From positions 932,748-996,747 of the forward strand of contig NMRA01000076.1 of the NCBI GenBank assembly GCA_002633005.1: a stretch of 64,000 nt of DNA, given 5' to 3'. Under the pieces are notes generated by a model that was given only the letters and a program-made list of their open reading frames with translations, ran no database searches and was not told the DNA's origin. This document shows positions 1 to 12,309 of this stretch, piece after piece. Position 1 is the stretch's first letter. Each line of letters begins with the position of its first letter. Origin of the DNA: Phoronis australis (Eukaryota > Animalia > Phoronida). Made by a program: the position numbers and the translations under genes.

Positions 1-44
1 TAGGGGGGCATGGCCCCCCCCCCTCCTCCCTAAGTCCGCCACTG
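1..44. mobile_element. Right end of a GC-rich hAT-like MITE cut by the window edge
   Basis: ggggcatggcccc palindrome and ...gtccgccactg terminus, similar to the element at 56208. Confidence 0.55.
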
Positions 45-635
45 CACCTATTTGTGATCTCTGACAGACTTGTTTAATTTATTGGTAATTAACACATATA
101 ATATCAACCAATTTTAATTATACCTGAATTGATATGTTCACATCTCACACATCCAAGACTTGCGTATATACACATTACATGAATCTAAATATAGAATTTC
201 AAAACAGGAGAGCCAAAAAGGATCCAATGATTTTTATGTTCAAACATTGTTTTAATAGATATCTGAAATCCTAAAACGTCTTCTTTTAAAGAGTTCAATG
301 GGAGAAGTTGAACGTTTGAGACAGATGATCTGATATTTTTCAAAGAATACGAAAATTCCCAGGCCTACTCAATTTGACAATATCTTTTGAGAGAAAGTCA
401 AATTTCCTTTTTCAAATATCCAGTAAGTGATCGCAAACAACACAATTTTGGTCCAATGAAAAAGGGTACTATTTTCAGGATCGTGTCTACACTCAGTTTC
501 AATGAAAGTTCATTGTGGCTAAGATGCGGTGAAAATATAGTTTGAACCCTATTTAAAGGGACGTCATCGGCTGAAATCAAGGCCAGTGTACTGTCTACCG
601 TTTAAATACGCTTACAAAATACTAGTTAATGTATT

Positions 636-815
636 GGGTTGCTTCAGCAATAGAGCGTTCGACTGCTGTTGCGGTTAGTAGGTTCGAATCCGCGCTAATG
701 CTAACTTCTGCAAAATGTCTTTCTAACAAGAGTATCCAATCTTTACTAAAATTCAGGGAGCAATTATAGACTAACTCACCCTTAGGATGCCCCATAAACA
801 GTGAATTGTTGTCAC
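636..815 (+). mobile_element. Possible tRNA-derived SINE remnant
   Basis: Perfect B-box GGTTCGAATCC (681-691) after a degenerate A-box-like segment; no complete cloverleaf. 3' boundary uncertain. Confidence 0.35.
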
Positions 816-1106
816 CACTTCAATTCTAGAGTTTTGCTTTTGTGCTGGTCCAAACGTCTCAAATTGTCACAGCTTCAAAATCGTGACGATTTGGGTCAGC
901 GCTGAGGCCCAAACTGTCACAACAATTCTTGGGTGTGTCCATTCGCGCTTGTACTATAGTGGGCCTTGCACAGACCATGTCCGTTTGTTTGCAGCATCTG
1001 TAAACAGCAATTTTTACATATTTGGACGGTATGCAGAAAGTCTTATAATTCTGAAATCTTTAGAAGATTGAGAACTGAACATACAACACACTGAACAATG
1101 CCCAAC

Positions 1107-1260
1107 CAGTGCTGTAGTGGGGCTTAGACGCACGTACAGGGTGTAGGCGCAGCCAACCCCCTTTTGGCATTTGAACGTAGCGCCTACGCACCGTAAGTTA
1201 CGTTCAACACTCTAGGTGATACGGTGGGCTTTGGCGCCTAACTTTACCACTACAGCACTG
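1107..1260. mobile_element. hAT-type MITE (154 bp)
   Basis: Perfect 14-bp TIR CAGTGCTGTAGTGG/CCACTACAGCACTG. 8-bp TSD tgcccaac / tgcccaat (7/8 match). Confidence 0.85.
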
Positions 1261-2138
1261 TGCCCAATATTGAGAAAAACTTTACATGTGGCAAAATAAT
1301 TCATGCCTATGAATATATTCAGGCTGTTTTCAATTTGCAAACAGTAGCAGTCACTGTGCTGTTCTCACTGGGTTTTGTCCAGCAGTGCCCAAACTGCCGA
1401 CTTTCTTACACCCTTTCGAAAACTCTGTGGTGAATAAAAAGAAACGTTGTGAGACGTTTCCTTTCAAAAACGCCACACATGACCACAGAAACTGTCTCAT
1501 ATTTTGGACCTTTCATTTTCATCGAAAAAGGTAGCGAGGTTTCACAGTGGGGCCATCCAATCAGAGTTATTGCTATTCTTAGATGTTTGAGGGCTGACGA
1601 AATCAAAATCGAACCACATTCCTCAGGCACTGAGCGGCAATGCAACAATGCTACACAGGTCCGCCAGTGTAACTACTCCCCAATCAGTTGGCCTTTATCA
1701 TTTCACGTGTTCCCAAGAAGGAAGTCAGATTCACTGAACCATAGCTCAAAATGTCTCCAAATCTAGCTTAAAGAAATGAATTAATAGCGAGTGACTTGAC
1801 CGCGATTACAGTTTACAGTGTCACCGTAGCCAACCAGGATAAACAAAGACATGTAAATTGAAGAAGGTACTAACTAGCAAGCAAGTGAACGCCCTTTGGT
1901 TGACCAAAGTTGGTTGGGCAGCAGTCATAGGAAGGTTCAAAGATAAAGGGCCTGACAACAGCACGGATTGTCTACGGGCGTTCACTTCCACCTCTAGGGA
2001 CTATGATGGTGCAACCCCATATGAAAATGGACATAAATTTTTCATCTGAACTAATGTTATCAGTATAAAAGCCTCAACAGGAGCACAGAGGCCATTTTGT
2101 AAAGCTATCTACCTCCACTGCCCGTGTTGTATCCGGAC

Positions 2139-3701
2139 ATGAATTCAGAGGTAAAAAACTGGAGTGTGAAAGACCGCATGAAAGAATTCTGCGAGTCTAC
2201 GTCAGCACACGCACTTGGGCAGACTGTAAGTTCTGGCGAAGTGAAGGCGATATTCTGGTCCCTTGTGTTCCTCAGTGCGTTAGCAGGATGTGTTTGGAAT
2301 ATCGTACACGTTGTGGAGTCGTACACAAGTTTTGGATTCAGCGTAAAGTCAAAACTTGAAATGGAACCGTCTTCACTGAAATTTCCAAGTGTAACTATTT
2401 GTAACCTGAACCCAATAAGTTTCTCAAGACAAGCTAGATTTGCGGGAGACTTTGAAAGGAGTACAGGTTTAGATGATGGGGATTGCGATAATGAGTTTCA
2501 CAGAGATGAAACTTATCGTCCAGTCGTCTTGGATTTGTATAGGTGGTCAGAGTTACCCCAATTTTGGTTTGAATACAACGAAAATGTCACAGAAATGTTC
2601 GGCCACTCAAAGAAGGATTTTATTGTGGATTGTGTTTTTCAAAGAGAAGGTGGATGCGAAAACAACTTCTCTGTTACTAAAGACCCCAATCTGTACAACT
2701 GCTACACACTGGAACCGAATAAAAACGAAGACCTTCTTGAAATAGGATTTGCAGCTGGTTTATCGTTAACTTTATTTGTGGAAAATAGGCGTATTCGGAA
2801 TGCATTTACTGGCAATTATGCGTTAGATTCCTACCACACTGGAATCGTGGGTGTCAAGGTTGCCATCCACGTGTCGGGTTCTCATCCAAATCCTAACACT
2901 CGGGGCGTGATAGCAGAAGTTGGTAAAAGCACCGACTTTATTCTGCGAACAGTAAATAGGACCGCCTTAGGTCCTCCATATCCGTCGCCCTGTAATCCCA
3001 AGAAGACAATTGAATCAAGTCATAGAAAAGAACTTCAGTATGAAGAAAATTTGTGTTTCGCAAGTTGCTTGCAAAACGCCATCGCAAAAAAATGCGGTTG
3101 TGTTTCTATCAACCCTATGGCTGTCCCTATAGCAGACAAATTCGGAATAGATCTTCCATTCTGCGGAAGTTACCCATGTAATGCGACGAAGGTGACAGAA
3201 AATTATGAATGCGTCCACGACGTAATAGGCCGTTTCTTACTTAAAAACGACCCCAATTGCCGTAACTGTACCAAGCCTTGTAACGAAGTCAGTTTTGAAG
3301 TTACAAAGTTTCAGTCAAAATGGCCGTCTGAGCTGCACCAGAGTGAATTCATTAGGTGGCTCGCAAACAAGGACAATACAGCACTGTATAACCAGCTGGT
3401 GAGAAATATTTCAGATGACAACATTTCTAGATTTATAGAAAACAATTTTCTTCGAATCAACATATACTTTGGGGATTTTTACGTGCGCAAAGACATTGAG
3501 ACTTTAGATATGGACTGGTTTGACTTGCTCTCAAGTGTTGGAGGAGCGTTTGGATTCTGGGTAGGAATTTCTGTTGTAACTGGAGTTGAAGTATTGGAGT
3601 TACTTCTTGACTGTATTGTCCTTTTTCTAAACAGGCGAATCAAAAAACGGAACCAAATAGATCTTCGAAACACTACCGGGGACGACGACGTGGTTACGTA
3701 A
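2139..3701 (+). CDS. DEG/ENaC family sodium channel, FaNaC-like, paralog 1 (single coding exon, about 520 aa)
   Basis: Uninterrupted ORF with pre-TM1 FCESTSAHALG, TM1, the FPSVTICNLNP signature, a Cys-rich thumb, NFLRINIYF and TM2 LLSSVGGAFGFWVGISVVTGVE (GxS filter). First ATG at 2139; in-frame TAA at 2100, so any N-terminal extension needs an upstream exon (possible acceptor AG at 2103-2104). Confidence 0.95.
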   Translation: MNSEVKNWSVKDRMKEFCESTSAHALGQTVSSGEVKAIFWSLVFLSALAGCVWNIVHVVESYTSFGFSVKSKLEMEPSSLKFPSVTICNLNPISFSRQARFAGDFERSTGLDDGDCDNEFHRDETYRPVVLDLYRWSELPQFWFEYNENVTEMFGHSKKDFIVDCVFQREGGCENNFSVTKDPNLYNCYTLEPNKNEDLLEIGFAAGLSLTLFVENRRIRNAFTGNYALDSYHTGIVGVKVAIHVSGSHPNPNTRGVIAEVGKSTDFILRTVNRTALGPPYPSPCNPKKTIESSHRKELQYEENLCFASCLQNAIAKKCGCVSINPMAVPIADKFGIDLPFCGSYPCNATKVTENYECVHDVIGRFLLKNDPNCRNCTKPCNEVSFEVTKFQSKWPSELHQSEFIRWLANKDNTALYNQLVRNISDDNISRFIENNFLRINIYFGDFYVRKDIETLDMDWFDLLSSVGGAFGFWVGISVVTGVEVLELLLDCIVLFLNRRIKKRNQIDLRNTTGDDDVVT

Positions 3702-5580
3702 TTTAGAATATACCCGAATGTGTGTACGGCAGAAGTTCACCTATACCTGTAGGCCTACTTCAAAAGCACCGTAAATCTTTGAGATCCGAATATGTGCTTG
3801 TTCCAACGAGGGCTTCGGAAACTTGATGCCATTCCATGCCAAATGAAGTTATGCTGTAGCAATTACAGATCGAAAGGTGCTCGAAATCATTATCGGTTTC
3901 CAGAGCGCGTCTAACTTTTATATTATGTGAATAGAGTATATAGGAGTTGTACGGACACGTGTGAAACGCCTGGTTCCACCTGTTGGTAAAGATCTTAACC
4001 ATTTAGTCCTATACACTGCTGAAAGGAAATTTTTAAAACGTGAACATCTTTATTTTCGAAGCAAACGGTTTACTCTGAACACAAAGACAATGCCACTGAT
4101 GGTGAGCTGTGGTTTTGGCTTAAAGTTAAACACAGACTCTAAAAAGTCAAGTCTCAACTTGTCTCACACTTCACACCATTATACCTGATAAAGATCCAAT
4201 ATGACTAAGACTCTTTGACTAAGACTACCACAGATGGACTGGTCGGAAGTATGTCAAAAGTGCAGAATCAAACATGGTCACAACAGAAAATTGACATCTA
4301 ACAGAGCGGTTCGTGGACATCTTGGTTGGTAGGTGGACGGCTTGTAAAAGTGCCGCGACTTTGATTTCTGAAAGCCGTGTAGTTCTTGACGAGAAGCTGA
4401 TGAGAATTCCTTAACACACCACTGAAGCCCCTATATTTTGGATTTGATCTGGTCAGTCTTGAAGGTGAAAGTCAGAGAAAAGTACAGACAAGTGAATGCC
4501 TCTAAGAAAGTCTGGCAAAGGGTGAAACTTCGATACTGACGAGAAAGCGAACGGTCCGAAGCGTTGATCTCACTGCAAGTTTGATCAAATAGCGTTCTAC
4601 CTTTATAAGATTAATATTTTCCGCTATATATCTCCATTTGCAAAGTGTTGAAAAGACAACTTTCTGCACTTGTTCTCAATAATGTCCTACTCCGAGCAAT
4701 CCCTGGACCTTTTCATACACGAACGAAGTATTAGTGACGGGGCTCAGGAGCCAGGACTAAATTTGGAAATAAACTATGTTCGCTATTTCAACATTCACTG
4801 GCAATGTCGACTTACTTTGCAGTGCGTAAGTAACTTAATTATCACAAAAAACTTTCAAATTTTGTGACCGCCGCCAGTCACGCGCCGGAAGGCCGATATG
4901 AAACTAGGTACGAAATGGACAACAGAACTCGGTTTGGTGGTTAAAGCGCGTCGTGAGCATGAGATTGAAACTGCAAAACGTCAAATTACGTATCAAATTA
5001 ATGAATTTGGGTGAGGATTTATTTGTTTCCACAACTTGCTGTGTTCATGAACGCCGACAGTCACAGGAAGCGTGCGGCGACTTGGAGCATTACGTTCTCA
5101 ACTGTTGTATGCATGCACGCACAACGTACTCCCGGCATCTTTCTATATGTACATCACGTTGACTCATTATTATGGAGACTCGGTGACTGAAAGGACAGAG
5201 GGCAAGAAGTGTACATAATAGAATTATGCTACACGGCTCCTTGGTGAAGGTACATAGGGAGCTTCTCTGTGCCTGGCAAAAGATTCGATTTGAGTGACAG
5301 CCCTGTAACCTTTGACCTCGGATAGGTAGTGAACAAATTTCCACTCGGTTGTGCAGTTCCAAGGTGGTTCTGCTAAATCTTTTTTCTCGTTACACGGTAT
5401 ATATTTCGTATTTGAAGTTCTCCAAGAATGAAGATAACATATTTTGCTAGACATGTGTGACTATATTGTATAAACAGCCAATTTTTGTGAATAAGGTTTG
5501 AGATAATAACTAATAAAGTTTTATTTCATATCAAATTTCTTACAATGTTCAGTGTGCAAAATGTACAAGATAAAAATCTT

Positions 5581-6206
5581 TTTTTGCAATTATCTGATGA
5601 ATGGTGGAGAAAAACCTACTGTTGCTCTGTAGACTTCACATCTGATACGAAATTAAAATGGTTTCAAATTAGATTGACCCATAGAATTTTAAGTACAAAC
5701 ACTTTTCTCCATAAAATTGGAGTTACTAACTCGCAATTGTGCACCTTTTGTAAAAAGGAACCAGAGGACTTAATTCATCTCTACTGGTCATGTCATGTTG
5801 TGTGTTCCTTTTGGTCGGCATTATTTCGATGGATTAACCAAAAAGTAAATATAACCTTAAATCCTGCCATCATCGATATTCTTTTTGGTAAGCATTCTGA
5901 ATCAAAAGTAATAAATCTAGTATTGATATTGGGTAAATATCAGATATATCGTCGTAGGTTAGAAAAACGCTTGCCCTGTATTGAACATCTCAAGGCAGAG
6001 ATATGTGAATACTTCAAAATTGAAAAGTACATTTTTGCCAAAAATTGTGAACTTTTGGAATTTCATAAGAGATGGTCTCCTATGGTTCTTTTGTTTTCGT
6101 TGACTGGGGTTACAACTAAGATTTAGGCCCCCGGAGTGAATGAGTGTATGAGTGTGTATATTCCCTTTAAATTTATTATATGTCTCACGCTAATTATGGA
6201 TGAATA
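5581..6206 (+). mobile_element. 5'-truncated L1/Tx1-clade LINE (ORF2 C-terminal zf-RVT domain plus 3' UTR)
   Basis: KLKWFQIRLTHRILSTNTFLHKIGVTNSQLCTFCKKEPEDLIHLYWSCHVVCSFW is the zf-RVT CCHC motif. Stop at 6126, AATAAA at 6203, flanking imperfect direct repeats. Confidence 0.85.
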
Positions 6207-7600
6207 AATGTTCAGTGGCGCAAAAAAACAAGATAAAATCTTAAACCATTCGAGAACATTAAAAGATCATGAACAACTTAAAAAATCCACCCGCAAATAA
6301 ATTTGAAACATTAATGAAACACTTGTGCAGCGGTGTGTCGTTTTAAGTCAGCTTCGATGAATTTCTTAGTTTTTAGATCTATTTTTCGTTTCTTAGTTTT
6401 TTAAATGGAAATAACGATAAAAGCATTTCGTCCGTTTATCGCAACACAGGAAAATAACGATGCACAACATGTTTGGCGAAGTGACTGACTCGTGGAACTT
6501 GAGTCTGATAATCTAAGGACTGTTGCGAGAGAAGGGTGAGTGGCGGAACCCTGCGAGCAAACAATTGTATCAGTAATTATGTACACTGATTATTAGACTG
6601 CAATTTCCATTAGATATCTTAGTTCTCGGTGTAAATTACTATACTGTATGCATTCACAACACAACTTTAGGGGTTTAAGGGTTTGATTTGAATTAAATTT
6701 TCACGCTGGTTTTTTGGAGACTTTATACAGGCAATTGACTTTTTTGATGACCAGATTAAAATAGCGACCTAATCACCGTGCGTCGGAATACTCATCGGTA
6801 AATCTTTGCTGAAAACTTATGGTTTTTAGAGCAATAAAACTGCTTTTTCAGGAACGACGGCTTGAATGAATGTTTTGTGTAAGCCAAATGAATAAGACCA
6901 ATGATATCTGCCATAGCGCATGAAAGTCCCATGTGACAAATTCCATGGCCCTATTCACGCGCAGAATGGCCAAAGTATTCAGCGAATAAGCGCTCATTGC
7001 AACTGATGATATAAGCTTCAGTTGTTGCAAATTCAATTGAAAATACAATAAACAAAATAAGAAATTGTTAGCGGAATAAACAAATGTCAGTGCTTGCTTA
7101 CGAAAAACTAAAAAAGTTTTCGCAGAATCGAATTTAAACTCACCTCATATGTAGTGTTGATAAAACCTTCAAACAATATGGTCCTACAAATAAATGAAGC
7201 GGGTAGCTAAAAACGTTTTGATTCTACCGTATAAACTAAACGGATGGCCGACAACACAACGAAAAAATAGATATCACGCATTCAAAACGGAATTCAAGAA
7301 TCTGCAACCGTTGGAAAATCCATCAAATCGGTTAATAAAGAGAAGAGTTCTACAGGACTATACTTCAAGTTTACAGCAATGGAAAAACAAAAATAGGATA
7401 AAAAGTGAAACATCTAAAGTGTCATGTTCAGAAATTCAATTATGTCAGAAAGTTTTCGAATATAAAGTTTAGAATTTTTTATAAGGAATGACTTAACCCG
7501 CCTATAAATTGCTTCGCCTCAGCTTGGAAAAGTTTCTCTTGTGGAAACGGAGGAAAATGCTCCACGGTTTTCGGCGATGTGATACATATTTATACAACAG

Positions 7601-8001
7601 GGCCCGGTCTCCAATCTTTTTACTCGAAATGGAACTCGAAATTAGGTTTGGCATTTTCTACTCTACTTTTGGGCGAAATCAAGATAAGTGTCTATTATTC
7701 TATGCTCGAGTACACAATAACTTACGTAGATAATTTATTGCCCTTAGTTCACAGTTTGTAAACCCAATATTAAAGAAATAAGTTCGAGTTTGAACTCGAA
7801 ATTTCGAGTTTTTACTCGAGTTTGTAGCACAAATATAAGGGTCTTCAAGGGCAAACTTGAACTAGAAACTCCTATGCATAAACTATAATGTATTCGAGCG
7901 CAGTCTGATAACCAATTATTTTAAGTTCGCACAGAAGGAGCAAAGAAATTGCCAAAAATAGTTTCGAGTTCGTTTCGAGTACAAAGATTAGAGACCGCGC
8001 C
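7601..8001. mobile_element. PIF/Harbinger-type MITE
   Basis: About 40-bp imperfect TIR (ggcccggtctccaatctttttactcgaaa / tttcgagtacaaagattagagaccgcgcc), CAG on both sides, internal ACTCGAAA subrepeats. Confidence 0.8.
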
Positions 8002-8992
8002 CAGGTTCACTCTCGGATTACCAAATATGAGGGAAAGTTCTGTACTCAGATGGATGGATTTCGTGTAATAACATATTAATTCAATTGACCTGCTAGTAAG
8101 TGCGATCGGTGTATACGGGCCAATTCTTTACTAAGAACGATGACAGACTTAATTGTTCTAATAATGATATGGCGGTTTTATTGTGAGTCCCAACTTTGCC
8201 CTGTCAGTCTCTTCTTGCTTATGCGTTTCACGCTTTGTACACCACTAAGGTACATGTATGGTCGTGTAAAGTTACAGTAAGAAAATTCGGGGCAGCGTTA
8301 TTAAACAGTTCTGTGGACTGGCCGATAGACGTCGTCACACGCTACTGGTTAGAGTCTTTGGCATCAAAAGGTACAATCTGTAACTGCATGATAGTTCTAC
8401 CAGTGGTTTATTTAGACGTGTCTACCGTATTGTAGACAGTTTCGTACGTATCTATGTACTTGCAAAGTGCAGGGTTATTATTTTTAATGTAGTACTACTT
8501 TATTATTATATCACGTTTAGACAACAATATGCTTCTTTTCTATTTTACTACGTTAACTGCTATTCCAGCCCCTTTAAAGGAGAATGCCACCAAAAAAAAC
8601 TATTTTTGTATCAATTTAGATCGATTAGTTCCACTGGATAACAACAAGTTCAGTTCTTTTACCCGACACCAGACGCCAGACGGAAGTGTTGAAATTAACG
8701 AATGATGTCACAGGTTCTAACACAGTCTGATCAGCAGTTCACAAGACGCTTACTGGTGTCAGCTTATCGCTTGAATTATTCGTTTAACACCAATAAACCA
8801 CCAAAATTTGATGTAAAACACTTACAAATACATCGAGCTATTAAATAAACGTGTTGTTTTATTTCGCTGTTACGGTTTTATAGGTAATTGAACGTACCGT
8901 AACCTTCAAAGTTCGGTAGGCCAATTTAATTACCGAGGTCGGTCGCGAGAAGCTTGGAGTTTGTTCGGTGATAAATTAGAATAATATTCTTT

Positions 8993-9696
8993 ATCGTAAT
9001 CTATTTTGCCCGGGGTACGCCACGAGCTATGTTGCAGAGTAAAACAAGAGGAGGATTGGGAATATTGTCATTTATTATGACGTAATAGATAAAACTAACT
9101 AAGACTCTGCAAGATGGGCATGCAAAAAACGCCCACAGGCGTGTACAATGAATAGCCCTGCAAGAGGGAACAAAACAAAAAAACTGCCTGAAGGGCTTAA
9201 AGGAAAAGTACAGAACATGAAAACAAAACTTGAAAAAAACCTAACAGGAAATGTATACGAGCAAAGAGAAAGTGGAACCGACGCCCGGGATGGGGGGTGG
9301 GGAAAAAATGAAGAGAACGAACGTAGGTCTTGTAGATGACGAGGTAGGTGGCTGAATGAGAGACCACGTTGAACAGAACAAAGGAAATATGGGCGTCCAA
9401 TCAGGAGTTGCGTAGAGAAACGTATGAATACAAAAGTAGGCCCTAGAGGCTATAAATAGAGATGAGTAATGGAAAATAAACCCTAAGGACTGGTCTCAAA
9501 ATAAAGAGACAAGTGTCAAAATAATGACGATAAATGCATTTAACAAGTTAAATTTAATTTATCGTAATCTATTTTGCCCGGGGTACGCCACGAGCTATGT
9601 TGCAGAGTAAAACAAGAGGAGGATTGGGAATATTGTCATTTATTATGACGTAATAGATAAAACTAACTAAGACTCTGCAAGATGGGCATGCAAAAA
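8993..9696 (-). mobile_element. Non-coding insertion bounded by identical 140-bp direct repeats (retroelement-like; Penelope pseudo-LTR or TRIM-like)
   Basis: 8990-9129 is identical to 9558-9697 (period 568 bp). Flanked by ATTCTTT at 8986-8992 and 9697-9703. Absent from the sister Kolobok copy near 42130. Strand inferred from a minus-strand AATAAA. Confidence 0.75.
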
Positions 9697-10047
9697 ATTC
9701 TTTCGTGAAAGGAGAGCGTAGCCGTGTGTTGTAATTTCAGACTTGCGAATTTTTCCAAACACAAAACGCTCGTTGTAACCCAGTGGCTCGGAACCTGGCG
9801 ATCAGTTCCGTCGCGGACGAACTGGAGACACCACTTGGGTTAGTCAGCTGTGAAAGTTGAAAACTTAACTTCCAGAAACAAAAATACTAGGCTAGTGAAC
9901 CAAAAAAATAACGTGCACATGAATGTTTTGGTTAATTCGCCACGAAATTGTAAATCTACTTACTCGTCGGGGGCCGCGAAACCAGGATAACCTTCCACAG
10001 AAACGTACAGGGAAAAGCTGCAGAATAACAATGGCTTGACTTGAATC

Positions 10048-10080
10048 ATATATATATATATATGTATGTATATGTACATT

Positions 10081-10119
<39 letters not shown>
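10048..10119. repeat. (TA)n/(TATGTA)n microsatellite
   Basis: Directly visible tandem repeat. Confidence 0.95.
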
Positions 10120-12309
10120 CTAAATAAAGATTCCCTTAGCATTTAAATCGAGTTGTAGTTTTGCAACAGCTTTCTGTCAGCAAACACTGAACAACATGCG
10201 CTCAAACGGCGGTCAGTTAGCTTTATTACATCTGAAGCCGGTAACGCAGTATGATTTATTAATTGTTGATTTCTCAAAACATTTGTACTCACAAACACCC
10301 CTAAGGCATCACAAATTGTATCTACTGGGACAAACTTTGACACATTGTTTCAGTTTCATACCAACATTGGCGTTCAACTGAACTTCTCTCCAAAAATGAG
10401 AGATTCGGTCGGCACTGGGAGGGGCACTAGATTACTGAACTCAAAGCCTTGTTCGAACTGTTGTCGCGAAAAAATAAACAGTTGAATTACTTTTTGACGA
10501 GAACCTCTAGTATACACTTTGACTGTAGAGTTAGATAGAGCTCATTTTGAAGTTGTTCCAATATGATATTCAGGTTTATGGAGTTTTAAAAAAGAATTAG
10601 AGTTATTTTTTGTAAATAGCCATTTTGCCACTTCACCAGACCTGTTATTTGTCATCTTTTGTAACCATACCACAGCTTAGTGATCATGTTACGTTTAAAA
10701 TTAACTGAAAGGTACCTTTATGTAATGAAACTACAAAAATGCGAAGTTCATTTTTAGATGTCTAATTATGGATTATATTCACGGTACATACCCAGAAAGC
10801 GCCACGATCCTCTGCTGAACAGCATCGCCTGTTTCTTTGTCGAAGCGTTTTCAAATAATGCCAAAAACACTGATCGGTTCCACCAAGAACGTCGTTTAGC
10901 GACAGTGTATTTGCCTCTGACATCTTGTTCGTTTGTCGGGAGCTTCCGATAAGTCAGTTGGTGGCGTAAAGCAATTACAAAAACACTGGTACTGCTATTA
11001 TCTAAAAACAATGAAATTCCTCATTTCCATTCAGGTCTGCGTCACCTGGAACAAGTTTTTTGCTAGAAAACGAGAAAAGGTAAATCGCCGTAAAGTAAAA
11101 CCGAAGCACGTGGTTGCGCTAGGTTACTCGCGAATGTTCCTCGTCTACGGAACACGCTCTCGGTAAATTGTTGTGTGGGGTCAATATGGCTATAGTGCTG
11201 TTCCCATGTATTTTGAACTTTCAGAAATATTCTTGGAAAAATGCACGGAATTAAGTCCACAAATGGCCGTGTTCCGACAAAGGGTTCTTGGATACCAGAA
11301 AGTGTGTCGTCCCTATTGACACTACACAATCATTGCAATACAACGCGTTTGTCATCACCAGTGGTTTCAATATAAAATTAACAATCGCAAAATTGAATGA
11401 ATCAAAAACAGGTCAGGAAACGCTTTCCTGGTATTAATCCAGCGAAATTTGATGGAACTCAGAGTCCGAGCAAACTTCGAGTAAAAATTGCCTTGAAACA
11501 ATTATTATTTCCAACAACTTCCACATCGGAACGGCACTTATAGTATATGAATCAATAAATTGTTCTCCGGTATACTGCACTACACAATGCATCATTTATC
11601 ATTCTTCACGTGACTGTCACAATACACATCAATATTGTAAGGACTCTCACTCACTGGCAAACTCAAATCATAAACAACGTTACTCAAACATTTCCGTATC
11701 ATGGTAGAAGTTGCGTTGTGCACTGAAACATCAAAAAGCCTTCAGTATTGATAGGGTTCGCTATCCCTTCTAAAACTGAATTTATTAATTAATGCAAAAA
11801 ACTTAAAAGGACACCAAACCCAGTTATGGTATATTAACAGATACTAAGCACGCCTTTTTCACCCAGTTCTCTGAAACAAAATAATAATCCGATCTGTAAC
11901 CCTCGATTAGCCTCAACAGTTTGGAGGAAAATTTGAAAACCCCTTTCAAAGTCATGGCTTAGGCGTTTAGCGAATTAAACGGCAACGGTGGGAAAAACAC
12001 CCGTCAGTGACCATTTACTATTATGACAAGTAAACTTTTGAGACCATTACTTGTTGGCCGTTATCAGTATATTTCATGCTTTTTAAAACCGCAAGTAGTA
12101 ACGACAAGCTATTCTAATTGTAGTGTAAACTAATCTACCAACATGTACGCATCACAATTGATCAACCGCAAACTGAGTGGTCCCCAAGAGAATGGGTTGA
12201 AACTGGAAAACAACGCGTTTAACAGCTTCACTGCTTTTTCAGGCTGATCAAGCCGAACCAACACCAAAGCACTTTGCTTTCTACTTCATCGCCCGTATTG
12301 TTTCCGGAC

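Larger units (their letters stand above)
8578..10360. mobile_element. Second, 3'-truncated copy of the Kolobok family at 41761-43427, interrupted by an insertion
   Basis: Starts TTAA|AGGAGAATGCCAC and aligns by eye with 41761 to about 42790 (e.g. ttgtatcaatttagatcga, ggtgtcagcttatcgcttgaatt, cagtggctcgga, agccggtaac). No right TIR found. Confidence 0.8.

Noticed and set aside
636-700. tRNA gene
   Set aside because: Only the B-box/T-loop is good; no convincing acceptor, D or anticodon stems. Treated as a possible SINE head.
4240-4600. Possible very old minus-strand RT fragment (LHGFQKSKS resembling QHGFRKGRS)
   Set aside because: Only one weak motif amid stops; insufficient to annotate.
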